From contig OX597833.1 of NCBI GenBank assembly GCA_951406725.2, positions 27,218,001 through 27,282,000 of the forward strand: a DNA stretch of 64,000 nucleotides, written 5' to 3'. The position numbers and the translations under genes were made by a program. The notes below the pieces were generated by a model, which searched no databases, was not told where the DNA came from, and worked only from the letters and a program-made list of their open reading frames with translations. The stretch is from Octopus vulgaris (Eukaryota). The number at the start of each line of letters is the position of its first letter. Within the stretch, counting starts at the first letter, position 1. Shown piece after piece: positions 27,199 to 42,910 of the stretch.

Positions 27199-27903
27199 CA
27201 TACGACTATTAAACATTTTTTTTTGTATTTTGCTATAATCTTATAGTTTGTTTGGAACAATAAAGTACTAACTCGATAATCAACGTTCCAAGACTTTGTC
27301 AACCACATCATCAGAATATGAAATATCTGATTTCTCACTATACTCAGCTTAATTTTTGCTTTGTTTTGTTTTGTTTTTTATATAAATTGTGCAATGCTAA
27401 ATGCTTGTCTATGAAAATGTTTATCTGTTTGTTTTTTATTTTATTATTTTCACTTTCATTACATATTTATCTTCAATAACGCACAAATGAGAACACGGCA
27501 ATTTGTAGCACAATTTCATTCATCCGTGAATACGTTTGACCGTATCCATTTAATCGTGTCCATGCTCCTACAGAATGTTTGCGCGTGTTCTGACGTGTGC
27601 GTGACTAAGACTGTTGACAAGGTTCTTGTTGCGATTACCAACCAGGCCAACACAAATACCGCACACTTTTACTGATCTTTTCTAGCCAAAAGATGTTCCC
27701 ACCTTTCCTCTCACTTCATCTTTCCCTCTCTCTCCCCATCTCTCTCTCTCTCTATCTATCTATCTATTTATCTATCTAGCTATCTCTCACTTTCTATCTA
27801 TGCATCTATCACTCCCTCACACCCTTCTGCTGCTTTTCACTCTTTGGAGATATGTGTGTATATGTGTGTGTATGTATGTGTGTGTATATATATATACATC
27901 CAT

Positions 27904-27969
<66 letters not shown>

Positions 27970-27990
27970 CACACACTGTCACAACAGTTC

Positions 27991-28048
<58 letters not shown>

Positions 28049-28125
28049 CATATACATATATTAGTATTTAGCAGAAGTAAGGAAGTGCCTTACTTGTGAA
28101 AATAGGTCCATATATATATATATGT

Positions 28126-28192
<67 letters not shown>

Positions 28193-28193
<1 letters not shown>

Positions 28194-28812
28194 TTTAATT
28201 AAAAGCAGCAGAAATTCAACAAGACCTGTTACTCGGAGTTTCACGTTCCCGTTCGTCGGACAGTTTTGTTAAAATAGAACCGATTTGACAATTCTATCAA
28301 GACTAGTATACAAATTATGTAAGCAGTAAATACACATATACGAACACATATTTAGAGACAAGTACGCAAACACACAAGTCCAAGTGGATACATGCATACA
28401 CATTCATGTGTATCTAGAATGCTCCATGACACGTTGAAAGGCCGGGCTTCTTTTTCTTTTAGTTCCCAGACATATTTTGCTAGGCTGGTCTTCTTCCTAT
28501 TTTCTGAGTATCGAAATGAATTTTTGTGCGAATAAAATCGCGTTTTAAAAGAATTTTCCGAAGCTCCTGTATAAGTCTTATATTCAGATGAGCCTTCTAT
28601 TTGCACCTTGGCTCTATAAACGACCCCTTTTACCAAACATTTCCCTTCTAACGGACAGGAGGATTCATCTTTACAATTGCATGTTTTAAGAGGATCGGCA
28701 CTATGTTTAATATCAATTAAATTCCTGTTGTGCTGGCTAACGTAAGAGGCAAAATTCCTGCAACAAGAATAGCTAATCTTAAGGGTTCTTCTATTAAATA
28801 TTCTATAAAATT
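28193..28812 (-). mobile_element. Penelope-like element 3' fragment (GIY-YIG region plus pseudo-LTR), different lineage from the Neptune copies
   Basis: KISYSCCRN..CNCKDESSCPLEGKCL.KGVVY...YTGASENSFKTRFYSH; hammerhead motif near 3' end; both ends in (TA)n. Confidence 0.8.
28226..28263 (-). ncRNA. Hammerhead ribozyme motif, core CCGACGA
   Basis: ctgt-CCGACGA-acg-ggaa-cgt-GAAA-ctccgag-TA-acag; all three stems pair. Confidence 0.7.
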
Positions 28813-28835
28813 TTATATATATATATGTAAATATA

Positions 28836-30551
<1,716 letters not shown>

Positions 30552-30638
30552 TAATGCAATACGTTGTACCATATATTTACTTCTATGTATATATATATAT
30601 ATATAAATATATATATATATAGAAGTATATAAATATAA

Positions 30639-30742
<104 letters not shown>

Positions 30743-30870
30743 AATACATATATAGATATGTAAATATATATATATGAAAATATATATATATGTAAATATA
30801 TATATATGTAAATATATATATGTATATATGTAAATATATATATATGTATGTAAATATATACATATATATA

Positions 30871-31278
<408 letters not shown>

Positions 31279-31326
31279 CGGGAAGCTTTATGAAAATAGA
31301 CAAAAGACGAAGGCAGGTTTACGGAA

Positions 31327-31373
<47 letters not shown>

Positions 31374-31383
31374 TATATATATG

Positions 31384-31445
<62 letters not shown>

Positions 31446-31459
31446 AATATATATATATG

Positions 31460-31494
<35 letters not shown>

Positions 31495-31609
31495 GCACTT
31501 AACAAACTAGGGAGCTGTTTTCGCATCGTCTGAAGGTAGATATAATTTAAATAACTCAAAAATTTATGTTGCATGGTATTCGGTAAACCTGTATTTGGGT
31601 GTGCCGTGC

Positions 31610-31657
<48 letters not shown>

Positions 31658-31850
31658 ACATGTGTTCCTGACTCAGCGTATTCAGCAAGATAATTGCCTT
31701 ATCCGGTCTCTAGTAGAGAAGAAACCATGAGACATAAAATAAGCATATTTTATGGCCTAGATAACTAGCATTAATTAAGCAAAATGAAACAAAGATGAGC
31801 TATGAGAAATAATTCAAAGTTTTCAGTGTTATGTATTTGAGCAACATAGG

Positions 31851-32528
31851 CTAATACATGTGTATCAAATATCATACAATATACATTTTGATTTATTCAG
31901 TTTTTCTCCGCCTCTCGAGGATATATTATAATTAACGAATGTTAATGGAGAACAGCGCCATATTCACATACACATAACATATAGGCCCTCAACTTTCTCC
32001 CACTAGCAAATACGTACTCATGCATACCCTCATATATATATTCATGGGAGGAACGTGACCAGAGAGTGGAAAACACCAGATAGGCGAGAAAAAAGAGAGA
32101 TGGGTAAGGAAGGAGAGAATTTGGGCGAGGTTGAAGGCAAAACAGAATACGAACGATAAAGGATGACTTAACTCGAAGTAGAGGGAATGGTCAATAAAAG
32201 TGTGTGGTGATTGCATTGGCCTGGTCAATAATCGCAACAAGAACTTTATTAACAGCATTAGACGTACACACATCACAACACACACAAACACTTTTCAGGA
32301 ATGTAGACAGAATTATAGACATATGGTCACACGTAATTATGGACAAAGAAAGTCGTGCAAAAAGCTCCCATGATCTCACTTGTGCACAGATATGTACACA
32401 TACATACATATATACATACATGTTTACATACATATTTGCATAAACACACACACACACGTAGATATATACGCATATATATAGATATATGCACATATACATA
32501 TATACATACATATATTTATATATATATA

Positions 32529-32602
<74 letters not shown>

Positions 32603-32741
32603 TAATACATGTGTATCAAATATCATACCATGTACCTTTTGATTTATTCAGTTTTTCTCCGCCTCTCAAAGATATATTATAATTAACGAATGTTAATGGA
32701 GAACAGCGCCATATTCACATACACATAACCTACAGGCCCTC
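31851..32741 (+). repeat. Pair of ~140 bp direct repeats (31851-31990 and 32602-32741)
   Basis: ctaatacatgtgtatcaaatatcatac...ggagaacagcgccatattcacatacacataac..aggccctc with few mismatches. Confidence 0.85.
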
Positions 32742-33087
32742 TGGATTAACTATATATATATATATATATTTATATATACATATGCATATGTGAGTGTATG
32801 TGTATGTTTGTTTGTGTGTGCGTGATTGCTGAATGTCTAAGTAGTCCTATTCGCTATACACAAGATCCCAGACTCGATTTCGCTTCGTGACATCTTCTGC
32901 AGGTATCATTTGGCACAGCCTACGATCGAACCAGACATTGTGACGGACTGTTTGTAGACGGAAACGGTTATCTTGCTAGATAGATTTATGAATCAAAGAC
33001 TAGGCATTATCATATTGTGGTATACTAATTCTGACTGCAATTTGCATAAAATATACTCGTCTTCATAGAAATACGCAGCCGTATACA

Positions 33088-33232
33088 GGCGCTGGCGTGG
33101 CTGTGTGGTAAGAAGTTTACTTTCCAACAACACGGTTTCGCGTTCAGTCCCACTGCGTGACTCCTCTTCTGCTATAGCATCGGGCCAACCAAGGTCTTGT
33201 GAGTGGATTTCAAAGCTGAAAGACGCCCGTCG
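33088..33232 (+). mobile_element. CORE-type SINE, 5' part
   Basis: ggcgctggcgtggctgtgtggtaag head. Confidence 0.7.
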
Positions 33233-33479
33233 TTTAAATACAGGTGTGTGTGTGTCTGTGTCTGTGTGTGTGTGAGTGTGTGTGTGTGTATGTGTTTGTG
33301 TGTGTGTGTGTGTACACGCGCGCGTGCACACACACACTCACAAACAGACGACTCACTCACATTTATACCCAGACACAAACGTACAAATTCGTACATACAA
33401 ATACATAGGTAATTATTGCACACCGGCCCATCCTTACAAACACGTGCTTTACACTCACACACAAGGGCACAAACATAGA

Positions 33480-33520
<41 letters not shown>

Positions 33521-34570
33521 TCACGTAGAGGCACGTACAGACACGCACAACAATAAAAGAAAATGTAATTTAATTAAGAAGGGTTACTGGTCGCATAATA
33601 GCGTAATAAAAAGGCGCTTCATTATTTCCAATATCTTCAACTTCAGAAAGAAGCACAATAGGTTACATTACATTCATTTGGCAAATATGTTAGGTGTTAG
33701 TTGAGTTTATTGGAGGTAAATCCACACACTTGTTTCTTAGTTCTCGTTGACGAAAATGCATACATACATACATACATACATACATACATACATACATACA
33801 TACATACATACATACATACATACATACATACATACATACACCGAAGATATTACCCACGTCATAAGCAGTTGTTCCAAAATGTCATCATGGTAGTATCTGC
33901 TGATGAGATACTACCGTGATTGTAGCTAGGAGGCTCTGTAATGAAATTCATCGGAAGGATAATCCCGAGGACAAACAAATAAGAACCCACAGTATGGTAG
34001 AAGCCATAGTCATTCATAATTAAAAGGTGTACCGGTGGAATGTACCAGTGAAGACTTCAATAAAATGTAAGCACGACAGGCCTGATATAATGATTTGGGA
34101 TTGAGAAGAGAAACTGTGTATAGTTATGGAAATTAGCTGCCCACCGGATGTTAACATAAAGCTGAAGATCAGTGAAAAAGAGAATACCTACCGTAAGCTA
34201 ATGAGAAGTCAGCAGTTACAATATCCAGATTACAAATTCAGGTTTATACCTGTAATGATTGGGGCCCTGGGATATGTAACACACTGTCTAAATACCAATC
34301 TTGAGAAATTAGGCTTCTCAGAGCTAGAGAGGAGAAAGCTAATCAGAAAATTACTGCTTTAAGCCATCACTGGAACTGTAAAAATCTGTAAAATTTCCCA
34401 GAAGTTTATCATTTAAGTATATATGAGCATGTCTAGATATGCAACTATATGCCAGAGAATACATACATAAAGCAAAACATACAAATCTGCACATATACAT
34501 ACATACATATATACATACATACATGCATACATACATACATACATACGTACATACATACATACATACATAC

Positions 34571-34791
34571 GTCCGAAGTCAGGACGCCATGATAGATCGT
34601 TAGCTCCTACACGCATTTTTTCTCTCCTTCTTTCTCTCCTTCTTTCTTTTCTGTGTATCTTTCTGTTGAAGAGCGTAGGCTCGAAACGTAAAAGACTTTT
34701 TCAATTTCTATTCCTGAGCGCTATACTAATACATTTGTTTGTTTGTACTCCACCTGCCTTCGTCTTTTGTTTATTTTCGTAAACTTTCCCG

Positions 34792-34793
<2 letters not shown>
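34571..34793 (+). mobile_element. Solo pseudo-LTR of the Neptune PLE family
   Basis: Reverse-complement match to 10909-11118 (ccatgatagatcgttagc...aaactttccc). Confidence 0.85.
34658..34695 (+). ncRNA. Minimal hammerhead ribozyme, core CUGUUGA
   Basis: tcttt-CTGTTGA-a-gagc-gtag-gctc-GAAA-cg-TA-aaaga. Confidence 0.72.
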
Positions 34794-34822
<29 letters not shown>

Positions 34823-36117
34823 CATACATACATACATACATACATACATACATACCCTGTTGATGTTGAAATTACAATGAAGGATCCTTGAATCTAGGTT
34901 AGAAACAGTATCTTTCTCTATTGGTAAGTATCTTGAAATAAAGCTGAACAATGACATACAGACAGACAAACAGACAGACAAACAGACAGACAGACAGGCA
35001 GGCAGACAGGCAGGCAGGCAGGCAGACAGACAGACAGGCAGACAGACATACATACATACATAAGATCAGCTGCCCTGCATATGCGAATGAACAATGAAAA
35101 GTCCAGGATAGGAGAATATTTATGGCGAATTAATGCGGAATTTATAGTCCTTGTCCCCTGACTATGAATTCTTATTTGTACTTATCATCATAGATGCATT
35201 AGATTATATACCAAAAAATTTATGCAAAAACTTAGAAGTGCTCGGTTTCACGGAGAAAGAACACGAGAAACATATGCACGCATGCGTGTATATACGTACT
35301 TCCGTCGACGAGATCTAAGAAGCAAAAATACCAACATACGTGTATGTATGTATGTATCTATCTATATCTATGCATGTGTGTATGCATGTATGCATGCATG
35401 TATCAGCGTATCAAATGTAAAATTGTGTGGATTATTTGTTAATGTTTTGTACTCTTGATCGTAAGATTGTGGTTTCGATTCGTGGACCGGGCGATGCGGT
35501 ACGTTCTTACTCCAGTCCACTCAGCTAACAAAAATACGTAATCCTGCGACGGACTGGCGTAAATGAGCCATAGAAACCGTATGAAGCTATGCTTCGGGAA
35601 GGACCCATGCTTCTTTCTATTTTTTTTTTGTATTTATATCAAATATTATGCAATATAAATTATCTCTGCGTATAGTGTATTTGTCATAATTACCGAATAG
35701 TAACTAAGACGGGCGTTATATGTGAAGGGGAGATAATCTCAAGGGTCGAGTATTTCTCAGAAAATGACATGCCATTAAGGAACGGGACAGGTTTATAGTC
35801 AGGAAATAGGAAGACAGCCACAGACACATATTTCTGCCTTAATACGAGTAACCAGCACGAGAATCGACCAAACTTTACAGTGGCCAAGGAACTTAGAAAA
35901 AGATAAAATATATTCATGGCCTTGGTAATTTGCATAATTTTAGTCAAACAAAAACTGATTATAAGAAAGTTTGAATGAAAAACAATATCCTTTTCAGATA
36001 TGTGCATGGATTAGTATCCTTATGTTCAATTTTTATAGAAATTACTAACGAAGGTCGAGGATTCTTACTCAGTCATGTTTTTACTCACTGATATGACAAT
36101 GCCTGATTCATATATTG

Positions 36118-36298
36118 ATTTCAAGTTTTGGCACAAGGCCAGTAATTTCGGGGGAGAGAGTAAGTCGATTACATCAACCCCAGTACCCAACTAGTACTTA
36201 GTTTTCGACTCCCGAAGGATGAAAGGCAAAGTCGTCCTCGGCGGAATTTGAACTCAAAACGTAAACACGGATGAAATGCCGCTAAGCATTTTGCCTGT
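36118..36298 (-). mobile_element. Nin-type SINE
   Basis: gaaggatgaaaggcaaagtcgtcctcggcggaatttgaactc core. Confidence 0.7.
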
Positions 36299-37006
36299 CT
36301 CTGTGAACCTGAAAAAAAAATAAAGTGCAATGGGAAGAGCTTTGCCCTTCCCACCCTAACAAAAATGATAAAGCATGATCTCAGGCTTTGTGTGAATGTT
36401 TTTGAATAGTTAGGTGACCGTGTCGTCTGTAATTGTATGAGTTAGTGTAATGTGTCTCAATGTCTGTTCTCCTGTGTGTAAGAATTTGATTTTGCATGTG
36501 TTTTATACAATGATCGAGTGTGCATGGTTAGTGTATGTGCATGCAATGTAGTGTGTCTGTATGTTAGTGTCTTTTCCGTGTTAGTAAGTAACCGTGTAAA
36601 GTTTTTCTACCTAAGTGACAGCTTTGTTTTCTGCATAAGTGACGTTTAGTGTGTGTTTGTGTGTCGAAGTGTACACGTATACATATGTATATATGTTCGC
36701 ATATGTATGAGTATATGATTGTGAGGGATGCTTGAATAATGTGTATAACATATGCAAATGTAAATAAGTACAGTATGTATGCTATGCAGGTTGAAGTTTG
36801 CAATTTTATGAGCATGTACAAGTGTTTGCGCACCTGACGACGTGTTTGGCTACACTCATAAAACCAATTTGGCATCACACATCCGATGTATTGTATAGAC
36901 ACGCAAGCGCGCGCCCACGCATGTATATATATTGTCGCTTTCTATCAGTCTCCATTCGGTTTCTTTCTATCTGGGTTTTTATGTTCAGAGTGTACAGTGT
37001 ATATAT

Positions 37007-37115
<109 letters not shown>

Positions 37116-37154
37116 GAGATAGAGAGATAGATAGATAGACAAATGTATATGTAT

Positions 37155-37620
37155 ATTGCTTGGTGAGGAGGGTGTTTATTGGACACCCTGCGGGATGAAA
37201 AAGAAAAAACGTCAAAGGACAGAGGAACTCTTGAGAGTCAACGGCTATCCAATAAATGTCTTAGGGCTGTATCATGCGCGGGGACAGAAATAATCGGACT
37301 GAATACCCGATCGCGCGGTTAAACCATTGGGAGTGGACTCCTAGCCTTTGTTAGGGCATCCTTCTAGGAGAAGGTAACTCAGGTAACTGGGACAACTCCG
37401 ACATAAAACCTACGGCTCAGTGGTTACCGATGATGTTCACTTGTTCTTCTTTTCGGATTATGGCTGTTGTTGCTTAGTGAGTGAGATTGACTCAGTGCAC
37501 AGCTTTCCTCACTTAAAAAAAATCTTCTTGCACAGGCATTACACGATAACAACATTGATTAAACTTCGTGCGATGGCCATACTCGATAACGAGGGGGCAG
37601 CCACCATGTATGTATGTATG
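37155..37620 (+). mobile_element. Bipartite RTE-derived non-autonomous element
   Basis: RTE 5'UTR-like ggcatccttctaggagaaggtaactc..taaaacc joined to an RTE-like 3' end atggccatactcgataacgagggggcagccacc plus (ATGT)n. Confidence 0.55.
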
Positions 37621-37689
37621 CATGTATATATATATATAAATGTTTCCTCAAATGAAATTGCCCTTCAGTTTTGAAGTTCCGGCCAAGTT

Positions 37690-38750
37690 ATAAGATGATA
37701 CACAAGCACTCACCTATGAGTGCATTGCATCTTATAGCAGAAACAACTGTAAGCTATTGAAGTTCATGACTTAATTTCTTGTTCCCTTGTCATGTTTAAA
37801 TATGGGCGGATAGAGGTATTTCCCTGCAGACAAAAATCAGTGTCTATAAAACGTGTGTAAACGTGTGTATTGACGGCACTTCTTTATTCGAGCGAGACGT
37901 GGACCTCTTACAGGCGTCATATGAAAATGCTGGAGAGATTTCATGAAAAGTGCCTCAGAACGTACCTTGGGAGTCAAGTGGGAATGCTTCATACCAGATA
38001 CAGAAGTTTTGCGCATGGCCCGTTGTAGCTCAACTGAACATGTTATCTTGGCTCAAATGAGATGCGCTGGACATGTTATTAGAATGAAAGATAAGCGATT
38101 GCCTAAGCGTCTTTTTATGGTGACCTCAATATAAGCCGAGGAACAAGTATAAAGACTGTATGAAAGAAAACCTAAAGAAATTAGATATAAACAAAATGAA
38201 TGGGAAATTGATGTTCTGGATCGGAACACGTGGAAAGGTGCAGTTAGGATTGCTTGTAACACCTGGCAGGAAAAGATGATTCAGCACTCTTAGCTTAAAA
38301 GGACCTGTCGCTAAGGAACCATCTGGAACTGCAATCATCAATGAACATTGGATATATATTACGTGTGATCGTGTTCTGTTGTCAAAAGCAGTATACGTGA
38401 ATCATATGAAGTCACATGAAAATCGTAATGCCTAGGTATGTAATAATCTTGAACCCCCTCTACCTCATACGACTTGTGTCATATGTCACAAAAGTTGTAT
38501 GACAATATCTGAACTTAAAAGACATATGCTAGTTCACACAAACATTCCTTCAGAATCAGATTTCAAAGAGCAAATATGTAGAAGAAACTTGAACATCTGT
38601 CACTTGTGTTTTAAACCCTATCAGTCAGCAGCTGATCTTAAAAGCCATCTGAGGGCTTTTCAACGGAGTGACTATGCTGTGTGATGGGTTGTGGTGTGTG
38701 TGTTGATGGGATGGCTACCATCTCTCAAGATGAAGCAATCATCATATATA
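37690..38750 (+). mobile_element. 5'-truncated RTE (BovB-like) LINE with C-terminal C2H2 zinc fingers
   Basis: LLYSSETWTSYRRHMKMLERFH, QMRCAGHVIRMKDKRLPKRLF; then CVICHKSCMTISELKRHMLVH and CHLCFKPYQSAADLKSHLR. Confidence 0.82.
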
Positions 38751-38865
38751 CAACATACATACATGCATGCATACATACATACATACATACATACATACAT
38801 ACATACATACATACATACATACATACATACATACATACATACATACATACATACATACATACATA

Positions 38866-41152
38866 GCCAATAATCTAGTAGCACTGCGTCGGCAACACTT
38901 GAAAAGAATATAGAAAAAAGTGAAAGGGGCACAGTGAACTTGCCGTGAGGGGTGGAATATCCAACGTTTCGGATTCAATCCTTCGTCAGTGGGTAGAGAA
39001 AAAGAGAAGAGAGTCAAAGTTTACATCCTCTCAGCTTCAAAAACTGGCTGCAACTGATAATGAACGCAGAATAACACGGGCTGCTAACGTGAAACAGAAG
39101 CTATAGGAGAGGTCATGCAGAAAGGAGAAAAAGAGTGATGCAGAGAATAGAGGTAAGTAAATACGAGAATGTTGCAGAGAGAGGGTGGAAGAAAGATTAA
39201 AAAGGGTAAAAAAAGAACTAAGAGGGGGTGAAAGGATGAAAGGAAAAACGTTCATTTATACCTGTCGGAGACATAACGCCAAGACCAAGTATGAGACGTT
39301 GTTCCTTTCGTTTCTTAGAGAAGCGAGGTCTGTGGTGCAAGGCCATGCCGCACACTGATAAAGCTGCAACAGAATGATTCACAGTGTTGAAGTGGGTGGC
39401 AACAGGTTGGCCTGGCATACATAGCGTTATGCCTCTGATGTGTTCGCGAAAGCGATCTTCAAGGCGTCGCCCTGTTCTCCAATGTAAAGAGCACCGCAGA
39501 CTTTGCATATGATGCAATATATGAGATTCGCCGAAGTACAACAGAAGTTATGTTATGTGATATTGCTTCTTGGGCGCTGTGACGGTGGTAATATTGTAGG
39601 GGCTGTATCATGTATTGTAGGGGCATGTATTACATTGTCGGTGAGAACATTTAAAGTTTCCTGATTGTGCAGAGTTGGGAGCTGTGAAGCTTCTAACAGG
39701 GAGATTTCTAAGACTCCTATCGTTTTCAAAAGACGAGAGAGGTGGTGTGGGAAACATAGGAGCGGTTTGGGAGTCAAAAAGAAGAATGTGAAAGTTGTGG
39801 GTGAGTTTGTATTTTAGAGGTAGGATGGACGGGTGGTAGGTGATAGAGAGTGGAATACGGTCGATGGAAGTGCGTGAAGATGGTAGAAGAGCTGTGGTGT
39901 GGTTGATGGCTCGGGATCGGTAGAGTGCCGGGTCGACAACTGATGGAGAATACGCTCGATTTAGAAAAAAACTGTCGTATCGTTTTGCAATGGGATTCGA
40001 AATCCGAATGGATGCTGCAAAGTCATCGAAGGCAAAGAAATTGAGAGAAAAGTATGGCAGATTTAATGTTTTTGGAGTGAGAGGAAAAGTAGTGAAGGTA
40101 GGAGTGGGAGTCAGTAGGATTATTGTAGACAGAGGTGAAGAGGTGGGTAATGTGTATTTTGACGAAGATGTCCAGAAAGCAAACAGAAGTATCAGATATG
40201 GTGTGAGTGAATTCCAAGGCTGGGTACAAGGTGTTTACGAAGGAAATAAAATCGTTGAGCTGTTGTCTGTTAAAGCTTGTGGCGCCAATGCAGTCGTCAA
40301 TGTAACGACCATAAAGCTCTGGGATAGGTCCAGAGAAGTGAACAAAGATTTGCTCCTCTACATAACCTACAAAGAGGTTGGCATAATTGGGGTCTATCCT
40401 GGTGCCCATAGCAACACCGCTGGATGCTTATAGAATTCACCAGAGAAGGAAAAACAATTGAGTGTTAAGACAAGCTCAGCTAGGCGGAGGTGTGCATTAG
40501 TGTTGGGTTCAGGTATAGAACGACGGTCTAAGAAGTGTTTAAGTGCTAGTAGACCATCATTGTGAGGGATGACTGTCTACAAAGATTTAATGTCCATGCT
40601 GAAAAGGAGTTTGGAATACCAGGTGGAAAAGCGAATGCGTTAAAGAGGTATAGTACATGGTTAGTGTCTTTGATATGCGAAAGTAGAGCAACGACGAGAG
40701 GGGATAAAAGTTTTCTGTGGGGCAATTGCAAGCAGAAACAATAGGGCGGCCAGGATTATATGTATTTTAGGGATGAAATAGATAGTGGAAGTTCGGGGTG
40801 TGGTGATATTGAAATTGGCGGCAGTGAACCAGAAGAGATCAGCTGATGTACAGTGTCGAAGCATTCGTCTGGTAATGGTTGGTGAGATCACTTGATATCT
40901 TCATGTAGTGTCTGGGGTCGTTGAGTTGGCGGAGTGCTAACGGTGCTCCCTTTGTCGGCTGGCTTGAAAACAATGTCCTTACGTTGGCGGAGCTTCCGGA
41001 GAGTGTCCAGTTCCAATAGGGGAAGGTTTGAAATCCTTGGTTTTCTATCGAAATTGAAGATACGGAGGTCGAAACGGCATTTATTAATAAATAAATCTAC
41101 CGAACGGTGTAATCCAAGGATTTGTGTCCAGTTGGAAAAAACGCTTTTTAGT
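38866..41152 (-). mobile_element. Second 5'-truncated Neptune-type Penelope-like element, more decayed
   Basis: KPADKG, YFIPKIH, MGTRIDPNYANLFVG, YGRYIDDCIG, PTDSHSYL, TGRRLEDRFREH; ends abut (CATA)n and (TA)n. Confidence 0.9.
38961..38992 (-). ncRNA. Minimal hammerhead motif at the PLE 3' end; cleavage-site base appears lost or shifted
   Basis: cca-CTGACGA-a-ggat-tga-atcc-GAAA-cg-T-tgg. Confidence 0.6.
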
Positions 41153-41154
41153 GA

Positions 41155-41255
<101 letters not shown>

Positions 41256-41884
41256 TACATATACACATGTATGTGTGTGCGCATGTTTGTGTATGGAGAC
41301 TGGGAGAGGGGAGAGTAGTATACATGAGCGAACGTGGCTCTTCCACAAACAACCTTGCCAAGACTTGTGTCTCAGAAGGAAACTTTCTAGGTGCAATCCC
41401 ATGGTCATTCGTGACCGAAGGGCAGATTTCTGTTTTTATAGACCGGCTCTCTCCAATATCTTTCTCTATTCAAAGAGTTACTTAAGCTAATATCTACACA
41501 CTATTATTCATAACTTTATCTACTTCGAGATCCGCCGTTTGTAAAAACAAAGAATTCTTTCATACGTATGTGTGCATGCAAGTGTGTGCACATATAATCT
41601 TTAATCGGCAGTATGTAACAAAAGTTACACAAAGACCGACTGTTTAGTGTGTAGCATTTATCAAACTGACTTAAGAAAAACAAGAGTATATTTAATATTC
41701 GAATGAAAATTACTATTGGAGCCTCATGTAGTAATAATCAGTTAATGTCAAAATTTGCCCTTTACACAAAGTGGGAGGTTTCAGAGACAATAGATATCAT
41801 AAAGACTTCGATAAAGATATGTGCGTATATGGAATATTGATGTACATAGTCATACGTCTTAAGTAAATGTATACACATGCATTT

Positions 41885-41969
<85 letters not shown>

Positions 41970-42513
41970 AATAAGATAGGGATACATACATATGTGAGTG
42001 TGCATATATGTATATATATATATACACGTATTTATGAATGTACGCATGATGTGTGCGTATATGTAAGTACATATGTATTGTGTGTGAGAGTGAGAGAGGG
42101 TGGGGGAATGTGAATGAGTGTGTATGTGTGCGAAAGCAAGTGAGTGAGGTGTTGATTGCTGAGAAATATCTCATAAAATAATTTAAATAACGAAACTGGT
42201 ATCGTTTTTCATTTTGTCACCATTCTTCTCAAATACATATCCACTTGGGGGGTAAACAAATATAGATATAAATGTACATATATATCTATATATGTATGTA
42301 CGTCCGTACGTATGTAACTATGTATGAATGTATGTATGAATGTATGTATGAATGTATGTATGAATGTATGTATACTTGTATGTATATGGTTTGTATTAAA
42401 ACGCTCCCACATATTTTTCTTTTGACATTTTTTCTATAATTTGTCTATTACCCCAATATCTTCATTTACATTCCACATAAATTCATACATTAAAATATGT
42501 ATATAGATACACA

Positions 42514-42910
42514 CTAGCTGAGTATCCCGTTGTTGCCGGATAATATTCATAACAGAATGCCATTTGTTTTTGTTTGTTTTTTTTTTTTTCTTTTGTTTGC
42601 TTTTGTTTTGTTTTGCACTATGCACTTAAAAACAATGGGAGACGCCTTTTCGGTAAAAGAAATTTTTGAAAATTTATGAATTTTTCAAACTCTGTCCCCA
42701 ACTCACTACTGATTTTGGCAAATGTTTTCTTTTCTTCTTTCTTTCTTTTTTGTTTTTCTTTTTCGTGCTTAAAAACGATAGGAAAAGCCTTGAATGCTAA
42801 GATGAAAAAAGTTTTGGAAATCGGTGATCACCTGTATAATCCTCACTTTCTTCATTTCCAGTAGAAAATGAAACGTAATTTAAAAGCAAATAGGAAATCT
42901 TTTATTATAT
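42514..42910 (-). mobile_element. Probable decayed Helitron
   Basis: a|CTAG followed by hairpin atcccgttgttgccggat; far end uncertain. Confidence 0.4.

Larger units (their letters stand above)
33841..34955 (+). mobile_element. 5'-truncated R4/Dong-like non-LTR retrotransposon (restriction-like endonuclease), 3' UTR interrupted by a PLE repeat
   Basis: HVISSC knuckle remnant; KHDRPDIMIWD..EKLCIVMEISCPPDVN..K..EK..Y (PD-D/ExK); flanked by (CATA)n; AATAAA near 34938. Confidence 0.75.

Noticed and set aside
37155-37200. Possible twister or HDV-like ribozyme at the RTE-like 5' end (gaggagggtg)
   Set aside because: Only a short tail-like motif is present; the rest of the fold could not be found
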